From: Gnetum montanum
Lineage: Eukaryota > Plantae > Gnetophyta
NCBI GenBank assembly: GCA_015680685.1
Contig: MNCI01000690.1
Location: forward strand, 584,319-648,206
DNA: 63,888 nt
Reading direction: 5' to 3'
The translations under genes were made by a program, and so were the position numbers. Below, piece after piece: positions 51,168 to 63,888 of this stretch. A model generated the notes under the pieces. The model was not told where the DNA came from and did not search any database. It saw only the letters and a list, made by a program, of their open reading frames with translations. Numbering within the stretch: position 1 is the first letter of the stretch; the number at the start of each line of letters is the position of its first letter.

Positions 51168-51231
51168 TAAAGCAAGAGGTTATTACTTTGAATTACGTAT
51201 AAAGCAAGAGGTTATTACTTTGAATTACGTA
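51168..51231. repeat. Perfect 2 x 32-bp tandem duplication in upstream region
   Basis: taaagcaagaggttattactttgaattacgta twice. Each unit contains TACGTA. Confidence 0.92.
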
Positions 51232-52380
51232 CAAGACGTTGTTATATTCTTCTATAATTCTTCTAAATTATCGTATTGGCTATATATCTTGGAGTGTATT
51301 TATAATCATTCTTTTAGGTTCTTTTTCTTTTTTTTTTTCTTTTTTTTTGCATTTAGAAGTGTCTTTCGTTGCTTGTTCTCTATTTTATTTGGGAGCTTCA
51401 ATGCCCAATTATTTCCGAGCAACAAAAGCATGACCATGAGCTTTCTTCAAGAGTTAACTAATAGATTCTTAACAATGTCACTTTTCAGTTACAACTTCAA
51501 GTAAATAAACTTTTAGTAAAAGTTGAACAATTAATTTATTTCCTATGGTATTAATTTCACTTTGTTTTCGAAGCTCAAGTTAGGTAAGCTTTTAGCTTTT
51601 GTTGCTATTTGTTCATTATTTCTGATTGATGTTTTCTTTTATCTTTAAAGAGTTTTCTTTTTCGCTTTACAAGAAATCCTCCAGTAAGTGAAAACCCATG
51701 AGTATTCTTTTGAATAAGAACAAGGTTTAATCCTTTTCCCAACTCAAAGAGCAAGGTTTTTAGGATTGTTTGTAAGGCTAAAAATCCAAAAATGCATCCC
51801 AAAACTATTAGGCCTTTTCTTAAACATTTTATTTTATGCTATTGATCTCATGCATTCTGAATTATTATTTACTATTATTTATTTATTAGAATCTAATCTC
51901 CACTTCATCTACTTAAAACAAAACAAGTCATTCTTTTAGGATTTGGCATCCCCTTGTTAGATAATAATTTATACTTTTTTATGTCTTTAAAGTCAAATTA
52001 TAAATGTATGATAATAAGTCATAACTATGTATTGTTAAGGGCTTATGTAGTCATTAGAGTCAAAGGTTATGTCTTGAAATAATGAGTTATGATTCCTTAG
52101 TAAGTCTTAAAGTGCTAGGCACGGTACAATTAAAAAGTGTGTGAAAGTAAGGAAAAAAAGTGCATTTTCCTTAAAAGGAACAACTATTGTGACCAAAAGG
52201 TTAAGACAAAGATAACTTACTATACCAATTTTTGAAGATCAAAAAAGTTTGTTTTTCATCATCAAGAACTCTATTTATTCTTTATGTTGATTTCAACATC
52301 ATTGTAATACAAGCTTTCTTCATTTACCTTTTTATGATCCTATAAAGTAATAGGATTTCTATATGGCATTGGAGAAGCAT

Positions 52381-54961
52381 TGTAATACCCTTTAACTAAG
52401 CACCTTGGTAAATTGTTATTGTGACTCAAACCTATATTGTTTACGAGTGTTGGAATCCAAATTTATTTATTTATTTATTTATTTTGGGGGGGTGGGGTGG
52501 GGGGTGTTGTGTGCTAGGGGATGCGACGGATGGTGTTGGAACTTGAAATAATTGAAACATAGGTACACACCAAGATTTATAGAAGTTTATAACTCAATGC
52601 TGCTTACCAGAATCAAACATGTGTTATAGGATTATCATGCCAAGACTCGTACCACTAGGCTAACACCTCATCATTAGAATCCAAAATAATTGAAACATAG
52701 GTATACCCCAAGATTTCTAGAAGTTTATAACATAGTGCTACCTTATGACAATCTTTATCAGTAGTGTGGCAATTATTAGCTAAGAATGCAGGGTTGTATG
52801 ACATGTATAGATATATTATTTTAAAAATATGCTAATAATTTTTATTGTTTGGTAATTTTGTTTAAAAGAATATTTTTTAATTAATTTTATTTTACATATT
52901 TTATGTGTACTAACCATGTGAGGTTATGTAGCCAAGCACCTTTAATTAACAAATATAACTCATGTGATTTATCATTATCCTGCAAATTACTCTTCGTATT
53001 TTTATTGGCTTATGATGACTTGACTTACAAATGGTAACAGAAATGGCTATTTCATAAGTCAGCATAGGATGAGATGAGATAAAGAATCTCAAGAAACATG
53101 TGGAAGTTTCATGTCAAAAGAAGAGTGAGATTTAGTATTTTTATAAGTAGCACATAGAAACCTATAGGAACATTTGACATATAATAGTAATCAAACAAGC
53201 AAATATTGATGGAGTGTTAGAATGTTCTAAGGTATTGCAAAGATTATGAAGCATTGAAGGATTTTGTTGTAGCGGTAGTTGGGAGTGCATAGTAGTAGCA
53301 TTCATGCTACTACAAATAGTTGGAAGCATGTAGTAGTGGTGGAGGTTTTGTGAATAAGTAGACATCAATGAGGAGACAATAAAATATGAAGCAATGCCAC
53401 ATTACTTGACATTCTTGTAGATCAAACCACGTAGGTTAATGTCATCAAGGTTTTGTGGCTTTTTGATACAATAATGAGGATTTTGTGTTCATTTTAATTT
53501 TTCTATAGTTATTTAAAATTTTGTCAAATTAGTGGATTTAAGGTAGTTGATAAGTCATTTTGAAATCCTAAAAATGCCATGAAATTTGTCTTGAAGAGTT
53601 TTACATGTCTAAAATTTTAATTTATTTTTTAAAATTTATGTCCAAAGTTTTTGGTGGAGTCTTACACTATTATGAGTTTTTGCAACAAAGTGTAGAATAC
53701 ATGGCTAATTCCTAGTTTTAGGATAGAAGAGTGAATATGTTAGGGTTTATTTTGATGAGATTTCTATTGTTAGAACTCTTTTTAAAAAAAGTATTTTAGA
53801 TTTTTCATGGGTCTATGCATATGTGCAAAACTATAGCTTTTTGATGTCTCAATGAGGGTACGTCACTAGGTGAGATGCCATCTAGAAAGTTTCTTCCTAT
53901 TTGATATTTTTAGTAAGTCTCATCTTTACCCACCACTAGATGATTTGATTAAACATAAAAAATTTTAATGCTCACATGACTACTTATATCCTAATATAAG
54001 AATTTGACAAGTGTTGGTATTATGATTATTATTTTTGAGGAGATAGCACCAAAGGGAAATGGACTAATAGATTGTTAGAAGCCCTAAAGATGGCTTTTGT
54101 AGGCCTCTCTATTGATTGCAATTATGGAATCTGTGTTTGATGGACCCTAACTTGGGTTATGAAAAGAGGTTAAGACTTGCTACCCTATCCTTTAGGGAAG
54201 ATATCTTCTACAGAATGATCATAGTTTCAAAATAGTTTTGCATAGCTAGACTATGATTGCCAGTCAAGAGTATTAATCAAAACTAAAATGTAACAAGCTT
54301 GTAGACAAGTAGATAAGTAAATTTATCAAAGTGCACATGTCAACTAATTCATGTAATACATAGAGTATGGCGGTGCTAGCTTCCAAAATCTTTATCTGCT
54401 GGTGGTGGTGGGCAGTCATTGGAACACTTGTTCGATCTTGTGAATGACCGCTTGATCTTGTTGAATGGCTTGATTTTACTACCACTTTTCAATAGTTTTT
54501 TAGCTCATTATCTTTCAATTAATGGTTCCTTGCTAATGATATTAATAGAATTTCTAGTAATGTTTCCTTCCTCAAGCTTCTTAGATTGATTCCCTTTCTC
54601 TTATTTTCTTTTGCATGTAAGCTTCAAGATCTTAGTGATGCATGTGATGCTTAAGAAGCTAGATGTAGTTGTATAGGGTGTAGGCTTGTAGACTATTTAG
54701 TGTTTCTTTTAATATGGAATGTTGTTTAATGTGTATCAAATGAACTAAATGTCTCTCTTATTTCATACATGTCTTAAACTTATGACTTTCAGCTAATGTT
54801 AGAATTTCTTGTATAGAATAATACTTGCTAGTGAATCATTTTATTTTGCATATTTTAGCATTACACGACTTCCAAATACTTTGCATTTATCATGATCATT
54901 CCTTGGCTTTGTTTAATTTCTATTTGACATTTATTATGCCTACTAAGTTTGAGGTGTTACA
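52381..54961 (+). mobile_element. Probable Tekay-like solo LTR (~2.6 kb) with SINE insertions
   Basis: TGTAATACCC...GGTGTTACA termini. Flanks AGCAT/AGGAT give a 4/5 TSD match. Non-coding interior. Confidence 0.6.
52546..52730 (-). mobile_element. SINE copy plus adjacent partial duplicate
   Basis: Minus ATGAGGTGTTAGCCTAGTGGTA head matches the 41378 copy. aaataattgaaacataggta...agaagtttataac is duplicated at ~52546 and ~52684. Confidence 0.55.
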
Positions 54962-56062
54962 AGGATGAAAGTAAGAAACATAATGATGGGAAAAACAAAC
55001 TCCAAAGAAAGATTTCAAAAAGGATAACATGAATAATGTAGTGGATCTTACCAACTTCATATACAACATTTCATTAAGGATGAAGTTAAGAATTTGTTAT
55101 GATCCCTAGTAAATAAAATAGTCATATTAAATTCTTACAAGTTTATGATGAAGAATTATCATACATGAGCATACAAAATGAAGATAATTTTTAGAGCAAG
55201 TCAAATATGAATTGTAGTTTCCAACATAAACTTCTAGCTCGATGCTAGTTGAAAAAGATAGCAAAATGACATGTTGTTGAGCATATTATTTATAAGCATC
55301 TTAAAAGACATATCCAATCTGGTTTACAGTATAGATACAACTACTAATAAACAATGTTTTGATGGGCTATAACATTGTGGCTACGTCGTCATAGCCTACA
55401 AGGCTACGTTGATGTGGTAGTAATAAATGCTTATAAATATAGGCCACCTGCTATAGTAATAATACTCATTAATGCACTATGTAGTAAAACTCTTGTAGTT
55501 TGTTTTTATAGCTTTGATAATAGTTAGCAAATGCTCACAACATGGTGTAAAGCAATTAAACAAATCTTTATTCAAGTGCATTGTACTTGGATACCTTGCA
55601 TGATAATAATAAATATTGAGATTGTTTCCCTTCGTTGGGGCATTTTGACATACCTTAGACTCTACTATTTTATGTCCTTTGCTTTCCTGCTGATGAGCAG
55701 TGAGGTACCCCTACACCCAACCATACGAATCATAGGCATTCACGTGCGATCCGGTCGAATTCTGCAAACTTTAATTACTAAGTACGCTAGAGCTAAATGG
55801 TGAGTTCATGTTGTCCATTTGTTGTCTTCCCAATCTCACTTGTGAAATGCAAGTGTATGGTTAAGTGTGACTAAGGCATAAGATTTTCATTATTTTGTGT
55901 TTTATCAATTTGATAACCTAAAATAAGAATAAAAGTGAGAGTAATTAAGTGCTAAGTAAACTATTGTCTAATCTAGCCTAACACCCCACTTCTTGGACAC
56001 ATCCTGAACTTCATGTAAACACTGCTGGGTTATCAAACGCTAACCATTTCTGAGCTACCAAG

Positions 56063-56720
56063 TGTCACACGTATGTTCGAAGGGGTCATGCTTGTGTATT
56101 CTAATTAGTTGCTTAATTAATCAAAATTAATTGCTAAATGAATAACATTAATGTAAACTACATGAAATCATGGTATGTAAATGCATAAAGAAAGAAAGTC
56201 TCAAGTGCTACAAGGATGAATCAAAGAGCTCGTCTATATTGCCAACACAATGGTGTGTTCAGGTACATCAATGCTTGAATAAAGATCCGATCACACTTAG
56301 ACCTCCTACTGCGGGCACTTGGAAAATATTCTAACTCTAAAATGAACAAATTGCAAGAATTTCGCTACTTAACTTCAAAAACTACTCTTGAATCGTGTGC
56401 CCAAGGGCTATATTTATAGGCCTGAGAGTATCCTGTGATATCACATGCCTGATATCGCATCTTGGGCCACAATATTGCGTACCCAATATCGTGGCTACTT
56501 TGATATCAGAGCTTATGAAAAAACATGATTTATCATACCCCCATGACTGAATGAAAACTCATCCTTGAGTACAAAAGAAGAGGAACAAGTCCCTTATAAA
56601 ATATATTAGGAGGTATGAAATGTTTAACTGACATGTAGAGTGACACAGAGGACACAGATAAATACAGAAGTGCCCGATCATACATCATTAAGTTGCGTAC
56701 AAAATTGGGTGTTCATGACA
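56063..56720 (-). mobile_element. LTR-like segment, same family as 1-559
   Basis: TGTCA...TGACA termini, shared blocks with 200-550, and minus-strand TATA at ~56411. No TSD found; end uncertain. Confidence 0.55.
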
Positions 56721-57219
56721 ACAGGAAAGAACACCCTTGGATCCAATGGACATCCAACCCCTCTTAGTAATAGAAGAATGAGAGAGAGGTAGAAGAGATC
56801 CAGTGGTCATGAACAATCTCCCATGAGTGATATTGCTGCATCATCCTTGGAGAAGACAATCCCGCTTCCAGTCCATGCTCCCCACTACAATCACAATAAA
56901 AGCAAGGATTAGTATATAAAGTGTACCACATAGCGGTTGAATACCTTGTCTCGTCAATGATTTTATCTAGCTAAGTTGTGATTATGGTAGATTGGTTACT
57001 TGTTAATGTTAGTGGGAAGACTGACAAATGGGTTAAGTGAGAGAAGTAGTCCATAAAATTCAGAAAAAGCTTAATACAAGGAATACTAGAAAGAGGGTAT
57101 CTAAATTCACAACAATAAAAAGAAAGAATTTACTAAAAATAGTTGTGAAGATGCACACAATTGGATGGCATTAATGGGGTAAATAAAAAGAATTTGATTG
57201 TAAAAAATGTTTTAAGGTN

Positions 57220-57557
57220 AAGTCACTGAAAGTGGTTGGTTTTGATTTGGACTAAGGATGGATCCTACTAAGTCATTTAATCATGAACTCCACAAGGGAC
57301 TTTATGTGACCAGAATAAGGAACTCCATTATATTCTCTCTCTCATCCATTTATGCTTTTCATGCCTCACCTCACTACCANGAATCAAAACATGAAACTGG
57401 TAGTGAGGTGAGGCATGAAAGGCATAAATGGATGAGAGAGAGAATATAACGGAGTTCCTTATTCTGGTCACATAAAGTCCCTTGTGGAGTTCATGATTAA
57501 ATGACTTAGTAGGATCCATCCTTAGTCCAAATCAAAACCAACCACTTTCAGTGACTT
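57220..57557. repeat. 160-bp inverted repeat (57220-57379 vs 57398-57557, 2 mismatches); likely assembly artefact
   Basis: The left arm is bounded by N at 57219 and N at 57380. Confidence 0.9.
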
Positions 57558-58488
57558 CGCATCGACATTTTAAGACTAGTCCATCCCCTGAGACACAAGA
57601 ATGCTCCCACAAAACAACCACCATTCTAATTTGCAGAAGAAGTGGGAAGTGAGAAAGAGCCTTAGTTAGAGGAGACAAGACAGGTCCCATAACCAGTGCT
57701 TGTAGCCCTTTTATTTGGTCTAAGGGGTGTTCTTTGAATTCCCATATTTTTGTTTGAATGGGAACCACACCATGCAAAGACCCATGTGTTTTTGCATTTA
57801 TGTTGTCCAAGGGATGTGCTTTGAATCCTCATCTTTTTTTTATGAGGACCACACCATGCAAGGACTTATTTGACTTCCTATTGGGAAATGACATAGAACG
57901 GTGAGAAGCTCATGAGAACACCCTCGCACACAGGAAAATGGAAAAGCATGAAGAATATCACATCCCTTTGAAGCCACACCTTGTTTGAACCTTTGATTCC
58001 TTCCCAATTTCAGAAACTACACAAGTCACAAATTTATTAAGATTATATCAATGAAAAAGAGACTGCATGTTTCCAAAATAAGGAAAACCATAGAGTGTGT
58101 GGATGGGTGGATGATGTGGACTCACTGCTTATTACATGAAAAGAAACCATGTCTTAGTTATCAGTGATGACATTCAAAGTTAGAAACCAGACATCAACAA
58201 TCAAATCACAAATGATACATACCATCATCGAGTAGCATATTACCATTGTACTTAGCACCTTATTAGCAAAAAGAGTAGAGAATTACACCAAACACAAGAA
58301 AATATAGAAGAAAGTAAAAGAGTATTCAAGAAATACTAAATATACTAACGATGGTGTAACACAAAAACTTAGAAAAGATTAATAACTAGAAAAACAAAAA
58401 GATGTAAAACAAAGAATATGAAAAGAAAAAGTTATAAAACCATAAATGTGTAAAAAAAAGTCAAAAGACTAAGGAGCTGCGTAAAGTG

Positions 58489-61400
58489 TTAGTATGGATG
58501 ACCATCTTCTCCATGACTAAGTTGGAAGGGGGAGACTTGAAAGATTGAGTGTGGTTGTCCATCTAGTGAGATGTTTGTTGAGTTCGTAGGCTTGGGTTCA
58601 TGGAAAGGTTTCAGTTGTTGGATGTTGACTAATTGCTTCTTATCTGGGCTATCAGGTTTATATATAATCATGGCCCTAAATCGAAAATTCTCTTAAATAA
58701 TGTAAGGTCCTTCTCACAACGTTTGAAATTTAGTTCGTTGAGGTATGTGTGTAGGATTCCAATAGAGAACCTTGTCTCTTGATTGAAACTTGACTTTCCT
58801 TATTTTGAGGTCATGGCGTTTCTTATTGGATGCCTTATGCATTTCATTGGATGATAGGACCATTAATTGATTTTTATCTAGCAAGTTGAGGTTCGTTAAT
58901 CTTTCCTTTTGTGCTAGACTTAGATCCATGTCAAGGTCATAGCCTGTAGAGAGTGTACAAAGCTCAAATTGGATGGGCAATGTTGGTAGTTTTCCGTACA
59001 TGAGCTCATAAGGAGAATAACCTATGGAAAGCTTCCATGTGGGATGATAGGCCCAGAGGGCATCATTTAATTTGGTGCTCCAATCCCTTCAGTACTTGTT
59101 AATAGTAAGCATTAGAATTTTTGTAATCTCCTAATTAGTGACTTTAGCTTAACCATTGGTTTAAGGATGATAAGGTGTTGTGACTTTGTGCTCAACCCCC
59201 AAGTGCTGCATAAGTTTTGGAAAAGTGACACCTATGAAATGAGTTCCATTGTCAAAAATTAATGCACGAGGCACACCAAACATGTTTATGATATTCTGTT
59301 ATACAAACCGAGTAGTAGTAGTGGATGTGCAGTCAATGATAGCTGCTGCTTCTACCCACTTAGTGCAATAGTCAACTGCAACTATTATATACATCTTTCC
59401 ATTTGATAAAGGCATGATGGGACCCATAAAGTCAATGCCCCAAATATCGAATGGCTCGAGAGGTTGAATCCATTGTTGTGGCCCCTCCATTTGAGCTGTC
59501 ATTCCACTATCCCTTTGACAATGATCATAAGCATGGAAAAATTGGTGTGCATCCTTGAAGATTGTTGGCCAGTAATATCTTACCATGAGGATTTTTATGG
59601 CTGTGCATCTCCTAGCATAATGGCCCCCACAAGGGCCTTCGTGAGCATCCTAGAGAAGGCGTACTTGATCTATGTCAAGGAAACACTAGCGTACTAGGCC
59701 ATCAAGACATACTTTGTAAAGATTCCTATTAATTTTCATGAAATGCTTAACCTAGTAAAGAAATTGTTGTTTCTTTCGGGTGTCCAATCCTTGTGGTAGT
59801 TCTTTCTTGAGTAGATAAGTGAGAATGGTGTCATACCATCTTGGTTCATTGGGCATTTGTGCATTAATAGCCCCTACAAGGAGAGATTCATTAGTAAATT
59901 AATCAGATAAGGGGCTCTCTTTCTCCTTGTTGTCCCATCTTCGTCATGATAAGTGGTCAATGATCACATTTTCCACATGCTTTCAATCTACCATTGTGAG
60001 ATTGAACTCTTGCAAAATCATGAGCCACCGTATGACACGGGGACTCACCATTGGTTTATTCATTAAGAACTAGATGGCACTATGATCTGTGTGCATGAAC
60101 ACTTTATAACCAAGCACATAGTGCCTGAACTTTTCTAAGGTAAACACCACCGCCATTAATTCCTTTTTCGTAGTGGTGTAGTTCAACTATGCACTTGCGA
60201 TACTTCGACTTGCATAATGAATGTAATATGGACATTTTTGATCATCCAGCTATGTGAGCACTACCACCAAAGCATAATTTGGTGCATCAGTCATCACATG
60301 AAATGGCTTGGACCAATTGAGTACTTGTAGATTTGGGATTTCAACAAGCTTTTACTTTAATTATTGAAAGGTTGTTTCACACATAGGGGTCCAGACAAAT
60401 GGTGCATCTTTCTTTGTTAATTTAACCAATGGCTTAGTGATTTTAGAAAAATTTTCAATGAAGCATCGATAGTAGCCAATATGACCAAGGAATGTCTACA
60501 CTTCTTTAACTGTTTCCAGTTGACGGGTTATTCCTTGGATGACCCTTATCTTTTCAAGGTCCACTTCAATTCCTGCTTTTGAGATATAATGCCCCAAGAT
60601 TAAGCCTTCTTGGACCATAAGATGGATCTTTTACCAATTGAGCGAGAGGTTTGTTTTGATACATCTCCTTAACACCTGCTCAAGACAGTCCAGGGCTTGC
60701 TCGAATGTAGCTCTGTAGGTAGAAAAGTCATCCATGAAGACTTCTACCTCACTACCAATTTATTATTGGGAAATGCTAAGTACTAATCATTAAAATGTAG
60801 CTAGGGTATTACATAGACCGAATGACATCAAAGGGTAAGCAAAAGTCCCCCAAGGACTTGTGAAAGTCATCTTCACCTGATCCTCTGGTGCGATCTAGAT
60901 TTGGTTATAGCCACTATAATCATCCAAAAAGTTGTAGTAGTTGTAATCAGAAATGGTGTCCAACACTTGGTCAACAAAAGACAACAAAAATTATCTTTGA
61001 AAGTTGCCATATTGAGTAGTTAGAAGTTGATGCACACCCGCCATTTGCCTTCTTTCTTGGGCATGATCACGAGTGGACTAACTTACTCACTATCTGTAAT
61101 AGGGTGGATGAATGCTGCCTTGAGGAGTTACTCGATCTCTTCTTTGAAAATTTACTTTAATTTGGGATTCAAATGCTGCTGCGGTTGTCATTTCGGCTTG
61201 ATGACGGGGTCAGTGTATATCCAGTGCTGGCATATTCTTGGATCTATTCCTATGAACTTGAAATATGATTAGGCAAAGGCTACTGACCATTTTTCCACAA
61301 CATTCATCAACATCTTCTTTTGTCCTATAGCAAACTTGGCATTAATAATGACAAGCCTTCCATTTTTCAAGAACACATACTCCATTCTGGTCAGTAATGT

Positions 61401-63888
61401 CTTTAATTCAAGAGGTTCTTGTTTGAAATTATCAAGAATCTCCAAATCTTCCCAATTGATATAATCATTTACTCGCTTGGAGAGTTGGTGATGAACTTGC
61501 TCAAGTTCATCCATACTTGCAACATATTCACATGTTAGGCCCTCAGTAGGTTGCATGCACAATGTACTGTTGCTAGAATTAGCTATCAACCACTAGGTGC
61601 CTTCTTGTTTTGTGGCTGTTGTGTACAGACATCTTTGGATTTCAACTTTTAGTGCACACTGCTTACATGCAAAGATAGATGTTTACTTCACTAACCATAG
61701 CTTCTACACATAATGGCATCCTGAATCATTGTATGCAATACATGGAACCCTCTTCTTCTCAATCTTTCCAAATTCATTTTCTTTAGATATCTCTAAGGAA
61801 AGATCTCTAATGCCCATTTTGGCATCAACAGAGCTTAACCATGCCCTTCCCATAATAATTGGTAAGTCTCCCTTATAGTTCTCCACCTTGATTACTAGGA
61901 AGTTGGTAGGATATGACTATCCACAAACGATGGTCATGATGTCTTCTACCAGTCCTAATGGAATAGTGATGGACTGGTCTACCAACTCTAGCCTGATGTT
62001 GCTCTTATTCAAGGGAGGAAGGTTCCACATAGTGTGTATCTCATGTGAGATCAGATTAACACCAAAACTAGAGTCAAGAAGAGCTTTACAAGGCTCATTC
62101 CCAAAAATTTGCAAATATACTAAGGGACTCCCTAGATTAGCTAACTTCTTGGGAAGGTTACCAACTCGAATCCAATTAGATACAGCATGGGTCAACATTA
62201 CAATGTGGATTTAAGAGGGATTTTGGTTTGAAGGGGACTCAGATAAAGGTGAGGTAGAGGAAGGTGGAGGAGTAGGGCTACCAACCACTGATGTGTTTGA
62301 GGGATTTCATGGACTGTGAGGTTAGAAGAAGGATCTTTTCTTTGATCATAGTTCTGACTTGCTTGCTTGGTTAACTAGTTGCAAATTAACCACCCTCGTA
62401 GCGTTTCTTTGTTGTGGTTGGGCAAGCAATTCACCTTGCATGGATGGAGTAGGTGGTAGCTATGTAGTAGGTGGAGGAGTAGGTGCAGGAATAGGAGGGG
62501 CATGAGGATAGTAGGTGGTGTCCCTCCTTGCATATGGTGGTTGGTACACTTTAAGAGTGTATTCGTAAGGTTGGTAAGTAGCAACATGACCAGAGGAGTC
62601 CCATTGAGATGAAGTTTGCTAAACATAATAACCATAGGGATCTGGTTGCTAGCAGGGGTACTGTTGTCTTGGAGGTACCAACGTCCATGATTGTGGTTGT
62701 TGCTACTGCTGGTACAATTCATAGGGTTACAGTGGAGTTCCACTTGGATAGTACTGTTGTGGTTAGTGAAACCATCGAGAGTTTCCTTGTGGATAAGGCA
62801 ATCTTTTGGGTGTTTTCCTTTGTGAAAGTCATGGATGTAAGGTATATACCCCAAATTCCTGCAAGTGTGACACAATTGGATAGCATCCTTTTGGATGTTC
62901 ATATTGGCAGACATCACATCTACCATCATCATCTAATTTGCTATCCACTACCATCATCATTTAATTTGCTATCCACAACCATCTCTATCACAACCATCTT
63001 ACCCTTACCCTTACCTTTGGATATGGCATGTTCAGCTTCCTTACATCTCCGGTGCCCATGCTCACCACTTTGCTCCTTGGACTCTTCAGTAATTTTTAAA
63101 ATAGCTTAAAACTTATTGTCCATGGAGTCCCATAATTGTTCAACCTTAGCCATGATTTCAGATTGCAATTTCTGGAGTGGTAAGGTTTTCTGATTAGCTA
63201 CCTCATCTCTAGTTAACTCATCCTCGCTATCACAAAATCAAACCTCCCTTTTATGAATAGAAGGGTCCCTATTGTATTCCTTTGTATTTTCTTGCTTTCT
63301 CAATTCTCCCTCATCCTTGGCTAACTACTCAATTAACTTTTGGTTCCAATGGACGCTTAACTCTATCAATCTCCCTTGAGCATAGACACCAAGGGTTTTT
63401 CTTGTTTCAGACCACAACTTGTCTATGATAGAAGTTGAGAGTATCCATGGCTGGGACACTTATTCACAAATAGTAGTATAAGCCAATTGTAGCATCCAAG
63501 GGCTCATGGTTTTCTTGTTTCCACCCTTTAATTTGCTTTCTCAAATTGGACACTTGGGAGTATGTTTGATATTTGTCATTAGACAATTCTAACATCGTAC
63601 TTCATTGCCTGATTGATTTCGGTTCCAAGGACCAGTTGTAGTTTTCTACTTCTTTAATGAGTGTCCTTGGAAATAATGTCAAATTCTGCCAATCATTCTC
63701 AATATTTTGTAAGGCACTTGCATCCTGGAAGGTTTGGAGATGATTTTGTGGATCAACGTCATATCCTCCCTCAAATTAAGGGATGTTGTTCATGTTTAGC
63801 CTTTTTATTCTGCTATCCTTTACATGCCTTGTTGAAATCCTCATGACCACTACAATGTTTACCATGCTTCGAGTGGCAAGTAGAGGTT
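58489..63888 (-). mobile_element. Athila-type Ty3/gypsy gag-pol, degenerate, continues beyond window
   Basis: Integrase YYWPTIFKDAHQF..CQR, FDIWGIDFMGP, YIIVAVDYCTKWVEA. RT FLDDYSGYNQI and FMDDFS. RNase H YTTTKKELMAVVF. Protease ALLDSSFGVNLI and PIIMGRAWL. No extra RNase H between RH and INT. Confidence 0.9.

Noticed and set aside
56501-56512. TGATATCAGAGC resembling a plus-strand Met PBS
   Set aside because: Lies among GATATC repeats inside a minus-oriented LTR, is not preceded by an LTR CA end, and has no plus-strand gag downstream.
57220-57557. Near-perfect 160-bp hairpin (possible miRNA/hpRNA precursor or foldback element)
   Set aside because: The left arm is delimited exactly by Ns at 57219 and 57380 and differs from the right arm by 2 substitutions. 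This pattern suggests an allelic contig placed inverted during scaffolding. Long reads spanning both arms would be needed to rescue it.
62375-63109. Long ORFs on both strands as independent genes
   Set aside because: They fall in the low-complexity gag-protease linker of the Athila element and are off-frame or antisense readings.

Overview
AT-rich, repeat-dense plant nuclear DNA. The 10-11 kb introns and the retroelement types suggest a large-genome seed plant, possibly a gymnosperm, but the species cannot be determined. The one intact host gene is a minus-strand, 6-exon RLCK-VII receptor-like cytoplasmic kinase of the PBL34/35/36 clade (CDS 50060->26755, 1311 nt, 436 aa). Its introns 3 and 5 are expanded by LINE, SINE and solo-LTR insertions. 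Both flanks are decayed Ty3/gypsy elements. On the left is a nested cluster: a complete chromovirus-type element (1119-10856, 510-bp LTRs, TSD TTGAA) sits inside the protease of a Tat/Ogre-type element, which is also cut off by an Athila-like LTR. On the right is an Athila-type gag-pol. The most notable observation is in the chromovirus. Its ~4 kb leader between PBS and gag holds an antisense, five-exon, ~600-codon gene with four phase-0 GT-AG introns. The gene has a Plant Mobile Domain (PMD/MAIN)-like N-terminus and a coiled-coil C-terminus. It lies head-to-head with gag-pol across a spacer carrying a ~22-bp periodic motif array. This is a candidate element-encoded accessory (possibly anti-silencing) module, now pseudogenised in this copy. 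All family assignments are from motif recognition by eye; no searches were run.
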